This document shows, piece after piece, positions 28,801 through 37,472 of a stretch of DNA of 64,000 nt (position 1 is the first letter of the stretch; the number at the start of each line of letters is the position of its first letter). The position numbers and the translations under genes are program-made. The notes beneath the pieces were generated by a model. That model had not been told where the DNA came from, did no database searches, and saw only the letters and a program-made list of their open reading frames with translations. Source of the stretch: a virus (Duplodnaviria > Heunggongvirae > Uroviricota > Caudoviricetes); IMG/VR virus record IMGVR_UViG_3300037455_000372, positions 171,710 to 235,709 of that record; one strand, written 5' to 3'.

Positions 28801-29417
28801 AAGCCGAAATTATGAAGTCTGTCCAGTTGGCCTCCATCATCACCGCCAACCGTCAGTCTGGCATCTACTGGATTCCGCCTAGCGGTTACGACCAAGCTCC
28901 GGTTCCTTCTGCTTGGGGTACCAAGGAAAAGTTCCAGCGTACCTACAACTCCGAAGACAAGAACTGCGACGTTGGTAAGCTCAGCGACATCCACGTCAAC
29001 GCAACTCGTGTGAACCGCGAAGGTATGTTCATTTGGGGTGACTTCACTCTCCAGATGGAAGACACTGCCTTCAACCAAGCTCACGTTGCTATGCTCGTGG
29101 CTGGCATCCACAAGACGTTCTATAAGTACCTCGACCACAAGGTCTTCCGTTTGAACACGACCAACCTTCGTGCTCAGATTACGTCTGACCTTCAGGACAA
29201 GCTCAATATGATTAAGCGGTCTAACCCGGCTGGATTGGTGGACGGCATCGTGATTTGCGATGACTCCAACAACACCCGCGAACTCATCGACCAGAACTTC
29301 CTCATTGTTGACTTGAAGTTGCTTCCGACGAAGAGCGCACGCTGGATTATCCTCCGTACGTCTGTCGAGTCCACCAAGAACGGAAACACTGTTTCCACCG
29401 AGATTATTTCGGGTTAA
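25824..29417 (+). CDS. gp18: Contractile tail sheath protein, gp18-like, with a large insertion
   Basis: N-terminal PGVRI...AGIVGFASKG; C-terminal RKDCFALFD, WIPPSG, IWGDFT, VICDDSNNT..IDQN...LLPTKSARWI. Confidence 0.92.
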   Translation: MGTKMGFPPGVRIQLRDNSAYSVVENPATTAGIVGFASKGELNKIIQVNTTAEQDAKLGYGYQSYKYNQGMYAARAVLDAGGVVEFVRPYGEEIDRTDPRKRDLKTDAFVVAFDKNAGQYKCEAEQTSFQIEHFAATRFKTDGAAAYGVTRKINNIAEAVTTGKNVDFGLTASEDYADSNKARKWDGEHCTDMVLFAIMNRDPSYAYRAFDRFEIVGQPDYGTDRTSVVVTLSTVPTFTIGDTVLLPASGSKNNNKDTLATVTDIEDKKVTLEIPEEYTTSGAQYFNAIIFSNPDSAVEDGFDYMNIKTAVAGQGVKKFAAAKWGYDKTKTPSVIKPGDRFTFKNKNGNNIDIRLWKSTEIEQSGSFVLTDDNLEIPCSGLEVVVGDTIALKLTINGTVTYFTDLYVKDISASGNAIVAKPDGYAAGTDAKVSITECSEAVLYADVNDADTWEKVATAVVKVLNSSALGYAKSGIVNNINSAKGTTIVVDPSAAFDYSIGDKVAVVRASKSVDNTASDTRATDDFFNGDSILSTVLTVTDINTFTGVITVNDALTIEITDSTVYQLINLSTTSATAYNAVSSETYTYKGEAVTKEITIPTNEITGTVTLTAADLNKFVGFTTVDAVVASVTRTGDPAITAADVTVTRNGNDVVVTIPESKKSTTNAATVSVTLTPSVVRVRDTVDTYIVSSYTMYVSSVEQKENVVVNDDVDTQAFVKTDVKWNLDIEKSAKVLADSDIGATFLGLGLAKTNYLDVDFDNNPRQVYVLTDEGVNIARMYLSIRYRFNGKIYEFEGTIVPYSTATKIQLGIKQAADYELTDSGLEFILNDSGVLDYFLENTSYDLSQSLVGGTLNGSVTAIAYNSNDPAIKNDAVWTYNPLNNRSGSTLSTVWNLFLNKDGSDVDMLVAAGMAINNPFMNKIETLNTQVIQAMLNVCEARKDCFALFDGVSEPDINKALKKDIAATGFISTLGRWGMLYDGRGLVQDSVYTNGEAEIMKSVQLASIITANRQSGIYWIPPSGYDQAPVPSAWGTKEKFQRTYNSEDKNCDVGKLSDIHVNATRVNREGMFIWGDFTLQMEDTAFNQAHVAMLVAGIHKTFYKYLDHKVFRLNTTNLRAQITSDLQDKLNMIKRSNPAGLVDGIVICDDSNNTRELIDQNFLIVDLKLLPTKSARWIILRTSVESTKNGNTVSTEIISG

Positions 29418-29432
29418 GGAAGGAGGTGACCT

Positions 29433-30149
29433 ATGGCACTTAGTGAAGACCAAAAGAAGAAAGTATTCTGGGCTGGCGCGATTGACCATCTCGTCGACCC
29501 GGTTCGTAGCACTCGCTGGCGTATGATCATCCCCACCGACATTTTCCGTCTCGTGGGTGTGAACTGCACCAATGGCGTCCATTTTGGTACCGAAGGCGGT
29601 GAGGACGAGTACGCTCTGCACGTTCAGAGCGGTGCTAAGATTCCCGCCGTCAAGATCAAGGATGCGGCGATTAAGTATATGGGCTTTGAAAAGTTCTTCC
29701 CGGTTCAACAGGAAGGCTTGGCAAGCACGATGGATATCAAGATTTTGCTTCTGGAAGATATGCGTGCATTCGAAATGATGCTCGCTTGGAACCAGACTTG
29801 CTTTAACCAAGGTATCTTGTCGAACACCGGTACTAACGACGCTATCCACGAATCCGACCGTACCGCTAATGAAGGTAACAACCAGATTTATCTGGGTCTC
29901 GGTCAGCAAGAGAACCACAACAACACCTACGCTGGTCTGTTGCGCAACGCTTCTGTCCGTCTCGAACTGTACGACTGGATGTACGGTAATGTTATCCTCA
30001 GTGTTCTGCTCGTGAACTGCTGGCCGAAGAACGTTGACGCATCTAGCTTCACGCTCGACTACGACAACGCCAAGCTCGGCACGTTCAGCGTCCAGTTCCG
30101 TTACGACCGCTTTAACCTTTACATTCCGCCCGGATATAAGGTTATCTAG
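29433..30149 (+). CDS. gp19: Tail tube protein, gp19-like
   Basis: Follows the sheath; DPVRSTRW, KIPAV, NCWPKNV...LDY...FSVQFRYD. Confidence 0.85.
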   Translation: MALSEDQKKKVFWAGAIDHLVDPVRSTRWRMIIPTDIFRLVGVNCTNGVHFGTEGGEDEYALHVQSGAKIPAVKIKDAAIKYMGFEKFFPVQQEGLASTMDIKILLLEDMRAFEMMLAWNQTCFNQGILSNTGTNDAIHESDRTANEGNNQIYLGLGQQENHNNTYAGLLRNASVRLELYDWMYGNVILSVLLVNCWPKNVDASSFTLDYDNAKLGTFSVQFRYDRFNLYIPPGYKVI

Positions 30150-30177
30150 TCGGATTGGCGAGGTATTAGCCATAGAG

Positions 30178-30205
30178 AACGGCCCCGAAAGGAGCCGTTT
30201 TCTTG
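30178..30205 (+). terminator. Intrinsic terminator
   Basis: AACGGC.CC-GAAA-GG.GCCGTT stem plus T-rich tail. Confidence 0.7.
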
Positions 30206-30219
30206 TATTTTGGGCTAAT

Positions 30220-30248
30220 TTGCATTATAAACTCCGTTTTACTACTTT
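30220..30248 (+). promoter_or_regulatory. Composite promoter: TTGCAT-N17-TACTTT with TATAAACT inside the spacer
   Basis: Both recurrent motifs are superimposed. Confidence 0.6.
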
Positions 30249-30255
30249 GGCGGTT

Positions 30256-30717
30256 ATGGAAACTCCGGAAGCATACCCAGAAATCAAGACCCCGTCGAAC
30301 GAGACTATCAAGACGATTCGCTCTTGCGTGTCGAAGACCCTTGATGTTGCCGATTCGAAGGGTAAGCTCAGTTTTAGGGTGGTTTTGGAAAACTTTGCCA
30401 ACAATATGGGTATAACCGTAGTCGACTTGCTGTGCCTTCGATTCCAAGAACAGGTGAAGCTCAACGAGTTGCAGTATCGAAAGCAGTTGGTCGAGTGGTA
30501 CAAGTTTGCCGTATCGAAAAAGATTATCGACCCCAAGAAGTGCGAAATTAAACTACCGAAACAGACTATGGCTGGTATGAATCGCGATATCAAGCGCATC
30601 ACGAGCTATGTCGAGTTCATTACCAAAGCCCACGAAGATGTCGCGAAGTTTCCGTCAACGGTATCGAAGGAAATGAAGAAGTCTAGGAGCGGATTCGAAA
30701 TGGGTCTGGTGTTTTAG
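30256..30717 (+). CDS. Hypothetical protein, weakly resembling the gp33 late co-activator
   Basis: ATG at 30256 follows the promoter; SFRVVLENFANNMGITVVDLL only loosely resembles gp33. Confidence 0.55.
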   Translation: METPEAYPEIKTPSNETIKTIRSCVSKTLDVADSKGKLSFRVVLENFANNMGITVVDLLCLRFQEQVKLNELQYRKQLVEWYKFAVSKKIIDPKKCEIKLPKQTMAGMNRDIKRITSYVEFITKAHEDVAKFPSTVSKEMKKSRSGFEMGLVF

Positions 30718-30727
30718 CGAGGAATGT

Positions 30728-31201
30728 ATGATTAAGGAAAATAAGCTCAATAATCTAATTGAGGACGACGAAATCAAGAAGTTACGAGATTTTCTGGTTG
30801 AGACATTGGATAGCACTGGTGAAGACGGATTGCCTAGCCTTGACAAGATTAAGTACAATGCGACGTTCAATATGGGCGAGGGAGCGGCTGAAATAGGCAC
30901 CCTTGTATTCCAAGAGAAGAACAAGCTCGAAACTATGGAAGACGAATACCGAGTAGCTCGCAAGAAGAAGTACGAAAGTATTATGAACGAGCGTATGGCT
31001 TTCAATCCTACATCTGAAGGTGTACGGATTATGGTTGATGGTGACCCGGCGATATCGAGTATGAAGAAGGATTTGGAAAACCAGCGTCTGTATGTGGAAT
31101 TGTTGGTGAGTATGCAAGAAACCATCCGGTACTATCCAAGAAACGCGCAGCACTTGATCAATGTTGCGACTTTTGGTAAGGATATCGGCAAGATTTTGTA
31201 G
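30728..31201 (+). CDS. uvsY: Recombination mediator, UvsY-like
   Basis: 157-aa helical protein; ARKKKYE...VRIMVDGDPAI...YVELL...I pattern. Confidence 0.65.
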   Translation: MIKENKLNNLIEDDEIKKLRDFLVETLDSTGEDGLPSLDKIKYNATFNMGEGAAEIGTLVFQEKNKLETMEDEYRVARKKKYESIMNERMAFNPTSEGVRIMVDGDPAISSMKKDLENQRLYVELLVSMQETIRYYPRNAQHLINVATFGKDIGKIL

Positions 31202-31210
31202 GATATTCGT

Positions 31211-32140
31211 ATGGAAGCTATAATAATCGGAATTGCGGTCGACATTGGATTGGGCTTACTATTCCTAATCGGCAAGAAGATTTTCTTGTCGATTCGAGAT
31301 TATTATCGCCATTCCAACGGCATATTCTTGAAGAACTCCACCGAAAAAGAAACTCCGACTGTCGACAAGAAGGAAATCGACGACGAGGTTCAGAAGGCCG
31401 TCGAAAACTTGGTTCCGTCTCTGGCTGAACGCATCTCGAAGCGAGTAGGTAATGACTACGCGAGAGAGCAATTATTTGAACGTGTTTGGAACAGAAACTC
31501 GACCGAAACATCTACCCCTCCTCGTTGGGAGGCCGAACGCCGTCTGCAAGGGACTTGCGGCATATCGTGCGAACCGGGTCTGACGTTGCAAGACATCTCG
31601 GCATCTACGACTAACTCGTCCAAAGCACCAATGGAATTCGAGTCATTCATACGCAGTATTGCTGACAGTCACCACGCGACCCCAGAAGATAAGAAAGTTT
31701 GTGAAGCCATAATCGATGGCTATAAAACGGCTATGGATGACAAGCCGAAAAAAGTCGCCGAAGCCTTTCAAGCCCATATGGACTATGTTAACGACGTGGT
31801 TAAGTGTATGGAAGAATGGGGAGAGTTGCCGGTTCCTTCGTATATCCGCACGAAGATGGTTAATGCCGAGTCGGTGGATGATTTATTGAGTGCTGAAGAC
31901 GAATACCATAAAATAGTGGCCGCACATTTTCGCGGTAAGAAATATAAGTCGTTGCAAGATATGCAGAACAGTATTACACGCGTTGGACAAGAGCATAACC
32001 ATACTACACACGTTGAACGCGATGAACAACCTTTTATGCTTACCGAAAGTTGCGGTGGAGGTAGTGAAATCGACCGAGAAATTCTTGCATCGTCTGCATA
32101 TGACAACGGTCCGATTATGTTTGAGGCACCGTGGTGGTGA
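31211..32140 (+). CDS. Hypothetical protein with an N-terminal membrane anchor, possibly two fused units
   Basis: Hydrophobic N-terminus; internal ATG at 31630 starts an MEFESFI...CEAIIDGY motif. Confidence 0.6.
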   Translation: MEAIIIGIAVDIGLGLLFLIGKKIFLSIRDYYRHSNGIFLKNSTEKETPTVDKKEIDDEVQKAVENLVPSLAERISKRVGNDYAREQLFERVWNRNSTETSTPPRWEAERRLQGTCGISCEPGLTLQDISASTTNSSKAPMEFESFIRSIADSHHATPEDKKVCEAIIDGYKTAMDDKPKKVAEAFQAHMDYVNDVVKCMEEWGELPVPSYIRTKMVNAESVDDLLSAEDEYHKIVAAHFRGKKYKSLQDMQNSITRVGQEHNHTTHVERDEQPFMLTESCGGGSEIDREILASSAYDNGPIMFEAPWW

Positions 32141-32211
32141 AAGAAGTCTGGGGACAGCTATCCTAAACTAAGTAGTAAAGCGAAAAAGTGGGCAACCGTA
32201 TTGGAGTAACT

Positions 32212-32919
32212 ATGGCCGAGAATGTAGATCCGAACACCTTTTTTAACATAAAGAATATCGGTTCCAAACCAGCGGCGACTGATGAACCGAAGGACGATAA
32301 TGTATTTAACGAATTTGAACACCATCTGAACCTTCCGATGGGATCCACCCAAGAGGCTCTGGATAGTGCAAAGCAGCTTATCGCACAGACAAAGTCCTTG
32401 TCCACCCAAGCGTTGGCTGTACAGTTCGAAGAAACCAAGTTTGACGATATCCAAGCAGAGGACATCAATGACGAAGTGCTGCGTAACGACCGTGCCAGAA
32501 TCCGCAAGGAGGCTCACGAGTTGTACGATATGGGCAAGAATATGCTCAAGTATATGTATGACCAAGTTCGTACGCAGATCGACCCCGGTGACAAGATGTG
32601 GGCTGCCGTCGCCAATATGATTTCTTCCGTTACCAACTCCTTGAACAACTTGAACAAGATGACCAAGGACTTGCGCGAGGAAAACGAGCACGATACCGAG
32701 AAGCGTATCTTGTCCGGCGAACTGGCCGACAACGATGCTCAGGACTACGAGCTGTCTCCGCAGCAAGCCAACAAGCTCATTGCCGCTTGGACGGCTGACG
32801 CCGAGGCGAAGGTTCAGGCGGAAATCAAGGCTACCGCCGAAGCCAACGAGCGTCGCCTCATTGAGCAGCATTCCAAGGAAACCGAGCAAAAACTTTTAGA
32901 GAGTGAGAAAAAAGTATGA
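32212..32919 (+). CDS. Terminase small subunit, gp16-like
   Basis: DRARIRKEAHELYDMG...DPGDKMWAAVANMISSV...LNKMTKDLR parallels the gp16 coiled-coil pattern. Confidence 0.55.
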   Translation: MAENVDPNTFFNIKNIGSKPAATDEPKDDNVFNEFEHHLNLPMGSTQEALDSAKQLIAQTKSLSTQALAVQFEETKFDDIQAEDINDEVLRNDRARIRKEAHELYDMGKNMLKYMYDQVRTQIDPGDKMWAAVANMISSVTNSLNNLNKMTKDLREENEHDTEKRILSGELADNDAQDYELSPQQANKLIAAWTADAEAKVQAEIKATAEANERRLIEQHSKETEQKLLESEKKV

Positions 32920-34043
32920 AATTCGCAATAGTTGGAGACCTCCATCTCGGAGCGACTAACAAGAAGAGTCCGATTGGCAACGCTTTTGTCAAGGGACAGC
33001 ACGCTTACATTGACCAGATGATTTCTGAATGGAAGGAAGCCGACGTGACCCACGTCGTGTTCCTTGGCGATATTTTCGACAACGAACGGTTTATCGCAAC
33101 CGACGTGATGGATTATGCGCTACGACTTTTCCGTGACAAGCTGGCCGATTTCAAGGTGTTCGTCATTGCCGGAAACCACGATATGCGCTATACGAACACC
33201 AGCGAGGTGTGTTCAGTGAGCTTCCTCGGCCTCATTCCGCACGTTACCGTATACGACGCCAAGATTGGGGTGGAACATTTCTTTGGACGCGAATGGATCT
33301 TTGTCCCGTGGATTCTCCAAGACAATATGGACAAGGTTAACAAGTGGCTGGTGAAGCTGTCGCGGTCTGGAGTCGAAAAGAGGGTCATCCTAGGCCATTT
33401 CGACATCATCGGTGCGGCTATGGGTGCCGGTAACATATCGCAGAACGGTTTCGACTCGAAGCGTCTTCTTAATGCGGCTTCCCTCACTTTCAGCGGCCAC
33501 TACCACGTTGGTTCGGAGATGAACAGCGACGAATCGACGATTATCTACACCGGTACGCCTTACCATATGACCTTCTCGCACGTAGGCTCTACTCCCGGCT
33601 ACTATATCGTGGACGATGAAGGCTGCGCCGAGGACGGTCCGCTCAATTTGGAATTCCGCGAAAACAAGCTGTCTCCGCGCTTTATCGATGTCAAGGATGT
33701 CGATATCGACGCCCAGCCAGCCGACTTGTCCAACTGCGTAGTTCGTCTTTTCTCCGACAAGGCTTGCTCTATGGAGCAGTATGCCGAAGTCAAGACCAAG
33801 CTGGTCGAACGTAACCCGATTTATATCGACCAGTATTACTACGGCGACGACGGTACTATTGTCTCCGAGGACGGTGAGGTTATCGACGAGGAAGAAGCCA
33901 AGCGCATCTTGTCTTCCGACTCCTTGGGGATGGCTTCTATGTATATGGACAAGCATCCTGACATTTTGCCGGTATTGAATGACCAAAATGTGGACGCAAA
34001 GTCCAAAATTATCGAAATGCTTCGCGAATACGACGCAAAGTAG
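32916..34043 (+). CDS. gp47: Mre11/SbcD-like recombination nuclease, gp47
   Basis: GDLHLG, LGDIFD, GNHD, GHF, SGHYH, YTGTP. Confidence 0.92.
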   Translation: MKFAIVGDLHLGATNKKSPIGNAFVKGQHAYIDQMISEWKEADVTHVVFLGDIFDNERFIATDVMDYALRLFRDKLADFKVFVIAGNHDMRYTNTSEVCSVSFLGLIPHVTVYDAKIGVEHFFGREWIFVPWILQDNMDKVNKWLVKLSRSGVEKRVILGHFDIIGAAMGAGNISQNGFDSKRLLNAASLTFSGHYHVGSEMNSDESTIIYTGTPYHMTFSHVGSTPGYYIVDDEGCAEDGPLNLEFRENKLSPRFIDVKDVDIDAQPADLSNCVVRLFSDKACSMEQYAEVKTKLVERNPIYIDQYYYGDDGTIVSEDGEVIDEEEAKRILSSDSLGMASMYMDKHPDILPVLNDQNVDAKSKIIEMLREYDAK

Positions 34044-34047
34044 ATAT

Positions 34048-34062
34048 AAATGTAATAATTTA
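34048..34062 (+). promoter_or_regulatory. Promoter-like AAATGTAATAATTTA
   Basis: Identical 15-mer at 46206-46220; variants at 52408 and 61942. Confidence 0.6.
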
Positions 34063-34090
34063 TTTCGTGAATAACGATAAAAGGAAATCT

Positions 34091-35434
34091 ATGGATATCC
34101 AGAAGAAAATCGATGAATTCGTAAACGATGCCTTCAAGGGTAAGGTCGCTTTCAACATTTTGCTGGTCTCTGACGAGACTTCTCGTCTGTCCGTGCTTCG
34201 CGGCCATAACGCATTGAGCTACTTCAGGAAGCATTTCGCCAAGCTCGCCGATGTGAATTTGGTTTCTATGACCAGCAGCGACTTCTGCCGCATCAACCCG
34301 GATTTGACCAAGTACAATGTCCTCTGGATTGATAATGTCATTAACGAACGTATGAACCTTTTGCTCGTGGACAAGCTCGACGATCTCGCCTCCTCGTTGG
34401 TTGGTAAGAACGTCTTGGAACTCCCCGAAGCCGACCAGATTCTCGCTCGTAAGCTGAGAAGTCTCCACCTCCGCGTCGTGTACGCTATCGACGAGTTCGT
34501 GTGGGATGCCCCGGCTGGACGCTCTAAGAGCATCGGTGCTTGCCGAGTGGTGGAAGATGCGATGTACATCGCGGATTCCGTCCTGACTCCGAATGCCGAG
34601 CTGCAGTGCGCCTTGGTCGATATGCACTTGGTGGCACCCGACAAGGACGTTATCAGCATTCCTACTTTCGTGAATGACCAGTTCTACCCGATTCACCGTA
34701 TGAACGAACGCTCGTCCCATTATGCGACCTCGATTCGTAACCCGAAGATTCTTATCAAGGGTACGGTGATTCCTCCGAATGTTCAGGATTTCATTGTCGA
34801 AGCTATGAAGCCTCGCGACCAGCGTGCCAAGGTGTTTGGTACTGACTACAGTATCACCATTTCGAGCGTGATTGACCTACGTCCGGAAATCTACCAGCTC
34901 ATTAAGGAGAACAAGGTGACTATTCTCCAGCACTGGGCTAGTCCGTATTTGGACAAGAGCAACGTGACCGAGACGCTGGCCTACGAACGCGATACCGGCT
35001 TTGACTTTGTCATCAACACGATTCCGAACGATATCAACGACAATCCGTACGAAATCACGAACCTTGATACCGACTGCGTGCTGGCGGTCGCCGAAGGTGC
35101 CGTGGCTATCGCCGGTGTCCGCGATGCTGGATTCAGCGCAGAAAATCACATTTGCGTTGCCAGTAACCTCGTCTTCGGTAAGGATGACTCGTTCTCCAAG
35201 ATTGCGTCGCTTATTGAAACTTGGCGTATTATCCTTAACTGGGACGCCGCCTACAAGAAGCAGCGTGCTCTTCTCAACGAACGCCTTATCGGAAGCCGTA
35301 GCGTGATGGGTGGTTTCTTCCACGCTATGCTGGGTCGTACGTTGTCTGAACGCTATGCCAAGACCGTCGAACAGACTGTAGCGGCAGAAAAGGCGAAGCT
35401 CGCCGAGCAGAATAAGAGCAAGAAGGACAAGTAA
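34091..35434 (+). CDS. Degenerate GT-B glycosyltransferase-like protein
   Basis: VVYAIDEFVWDAP...ADSVLTPNAEL...VISIPTFV resembles the 'vvYdiDD...ADavtvst..L...viPN' GT4-like N-domain; SD AAGGA before ATG 34091. Confidence 0.5.
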   Translation: MDIQKKIDEFVNDAFKGKVAFNILLVSDETSRLSVLRGHNALSYFRKHFAKLADVNLVSMTSSDFCRINPDLTKYNVLWIDNVINERMNLLLVDKLDDLASSLVGKNVLELPEADQILARKLRSLHLRVVYAIDEFVWDAPAGRSKSIGACRVVEDAMYIADSVLTPNAELQCALVDMHLVAPDKDVISIPTFVNDQFYPIHRMNERSSHYATSIRNPKILIKGTVIPPNVQDFIVEAMKPRDQRAKVFGTDYSITISSVIDLRPEIYQLIKENKVTILQHWASPYLDKSNVTETLAYERDTGFDFVINTIPNDINDNPYEITNLDTDCVLAVAEGAVAIAGVRDAGFSAENHICVASNLVFGKDDSFSKIASLIETWRIILNWDAAYKKQRALLNERLIGSRSVMGGFFHAMLGRTLSERYAKTVEQTVAAEKAKLAEQNKSKKDK

Positions 35435-35679
35435 TGAAGTTTTGGGTAACCAAATACGACGTTGCTAGTTTCGCTGCGGACACCGAAGGCTACAAGGATA
35501 TGTCCGTAGCGGCCCCGTCCATTGTGGGCGACCCGTTTGACGATGTCGAGCTGGCACAGCAGAAGTGCGACGAGCTTTCCGTTACCGAATGCGGCGACGA
35601 AGTCGAGTTCGATATGAAGAACGGCAAGCACTACAAGGGGCCGAGGTACATCTATCGAATCGGTGAATCCGATAAGTAG
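35434..35679 (+). CDS. Hypothetical protein
   Basis: 81 aa; TAATG-coupled. Confidence 0.65.
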   Translation: MKFWVTKYDVASFAADTEGYKDMSVAAPSIVGDPFDDVELAQQKCDELSVTECGDEVEFDMKNGKHYKGPRYIYRIGESDK

Positions 35680-35687
35680 GTTAGTCT

Positions 35688-37205
35688 ATGTCAAAGATCA
35701 ATGATTTGTTGGATAACACCGACGAGCAAACTCGCACATATATGCAGACTGCAAGGACTATGATGGCCGCAAACCACGGCCTCGTTCTTGACCGCGATCC
35801 AGCCGAAGTTATGCGCGAGAACAACAAGGGTCTTCACGAAGTCGCGAAGATCATCAAAAAGAAGAAGGGTATGGTTCGGCAGCAGACCGTTGCTAAGCCG
35901 ATGGTTCAGACGGTCGTCCCCCCGACCGTGGAGCCAGAGGTTCAGAACGCTCCGATTACCGACCAGAATATGGCAAGTCAAGGCTATGACCGCTATATGG
36001 AATCGATGATGGCTCGTACAGCACCGCAACCCCCGCAACCTTCTGCTCAGTACGTCGAGACGATTGAAGACACGCAGCCTTACGTACAGAGTCCGCAACC
36101 AGTACAGGCTCAGCCAGACCCTGTAGTGGAAGCGGTACAACAGCCGCAAGTGCAAGTACAAGAACAGCCTCGGATGGAGCTTTCTGCCTTCACGCCGAGA
36201 CCGTACGTGCAAGCACCCATTCAGCCGCAGCGTCCCGTTCAGCCAGTACAGCAGATGCAGCCGGTCGCGTCTCCCCAAGTGCCGCCGGTCGTGCCTCCCC
36301 AAGCACCCGTGCAGATGCCGCCTCTTGTTCAACCGCCGCAGCCCCAGCAGCCGATGGCAGACCCGTTCGGAGTGGGTCCGGGTCAGTATCGGTTTGCCGA
36401 CTCGCAACCACGAAAGGTCGTCCCCCAGCAAGTACACGACTACGAAGCCTTCAGCGAAATCCGTGGATTGCCGTCCAATGGTGCGCTGTACGGAAGCCCC
36501 ATCTCCGGTCAGGCTTTCAAGCTTATGGACTTGTTGATGCTTAACGACATCGATTCCGAGAACATTACTACGGTGTTCAACGAGCTATACGCTCGCCGTC
36601 TCCGTGGCGTTGACCCGGAAGATATCTTGTCGTGTGACGACCCGTACATCCTTCATTGGTTGCGTGCATCCTCGTTCCCCGACCAGCCGCTTCCGGGAAT
36701 TCTCTGGTTCGAATGTCCGGAATGTGGCCAGCGAAACGAAGCACCAGCGAACAGCAACGGCTTCGATGTCGGTTTCTATAATCTCGATTTCAACATTGTC
36801 GGCGATGTGAAGAGCATCTTGGCTAAGCACGCCCAAGGCTATTACGCGTTCCGTCTGCCGGATGGCCGCGAGTGCGATGTTTACCTGAGACGACGCTCCC
36901 ACGACAGAATGGTTGATGAAGCTGTTAACCAGTACGCGAAGGACATCGGCAAGCCGATGCCGCAGTATCTCCGCGAAATCATCAAGGCTGCCGTGGTACT
37001 CGAAATTGAGGAATGTGAAAACCTGAACGACAAGATCAATTATCTCTCGAATATGAACGTGGGCGACGCAACGAAGATGTTCGAAGAGATAAATGCTGCA
37101 AGCCTCACTACTGTCATAACTGCTAGACTGAAGTGCCCGAAATGTGGAAAGGAGGTCAAGGTCTTCTATCCCTTTCGTCTCGACCAGTATATTTCCAGTC
37201 TATGA
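35688..37205 (+). CDS. Baseplate hub/tail assembly chaperone, gp26-like, with a Gln/Pro-rich N-terminal extension
   Basis: LPSNGALY, CPECG and CPKCG Zn motifs; lies before the tape-measure-like gene. Confidence 0.7.
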   Translation: MSKINDLLDNTDEQTRTYMQTARTMMAANHGLVLDRDPAEVMRENNKGLHEVAKIIKKKKGMVRQQTVAKPMVQTVVPPTVEPEVQNAPITDQNMASQGYDRYMESMMARTAPQPPQPSAQYVETIEDTQPYVQSPQPVQAQPDPVVEAVQQPQVQVQEQPRMELSAFTPRPYVQAPIQPQRPVQPVQQMQPVASPQVPPVVPPQAPVQMPPLVQPPQPQQPMADPFGVGPGQYRFADSQPRKVVPQQVHDYEAFSEIRGLPSNGALYGSPISGQAFKLMDLLMLNDIDSENITTVFNELYARRLRGVDPEDILSCDDPYILHWLRASSFPDQPLPGILWFECPECGQRNEAPANSNGFDVGFYNLDFNIVGDVKSILAKHAQGYYAFRLPDGRECDVYLRRRSHDRMVDEAVNQYAKDIGKPMPQYLREIIKAAVVLEIEECENLNDKINYLSNMNVGDATKMFEEINAASLTTVITARLKCPKCGKEVKVFYPFRLDQYISSL

Positions 37206-37398
37206 CAAGATAGCGTTGGTTCGTGACAAGTGCCTCATCTCTGATATGCTCCATACTTCGATACTGGATTGCGACCAGCTTTTCATACCGGAGTTCTTGG
37301 AGGTCAAGAAATACTGCGTGGAGAAATTCAACCAGCTCTACGGGGTAGAAGAAGAGGAATCCGGCCAAGAAATTGCAAGTATGCTGGGTGCAAGATAG
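37144..37398 (+). CDS. gp51-like chaperone segment; start uncertain, possibly made by frameshift
   Basis: LISDMLHTSILDCDQLFIPEF resembles gp51; lies in the +1 frame with no good ATG start. Confidence 0.5.
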   Translation: MERRSRSSIPFVSTSIFPVYDKIALVRDKCLISDMLHTSILDCDQLFIPEFLEVKKYCVEKFNQLYGVEEEESGQEIASMLGAR

Positions 37399-37425
37399 GC
37401 GAAGCCGCGAGGCTTTGCCTTTTTT
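37397..37425 (+). terminator. Intrinsic terminator
   Basis: AGGCGAAGCC-GCGA-GGCTTTGCCT followed by TTTTT. Confidence 0.8.
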
Positions 37426-37439
37426 GATGCCCAAAATCA

Positions 37440-37447
37440 TATAAACT
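37440..37447 (+). promoter_or_regulatory. Late-type promoter TATAAACT for the baseplate operon
   Basis: Recurrent motif immediately after a terminator. Confidence 0.75.
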
Positions 37448-37472
37448 GCAAGTAACCGATTTGGAATGCAAA

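Noticed and set aside
25752-30173. 1473-aa minus-strand ORF opposite the sheath and tube genes
   Set aside because: Antisense shadow of strongly biased codon usage; no motifs or RBS; same for 20430-22037, 16558-17742, 10686-11750, 62352-63818, 57637-58833 and 56168-57094
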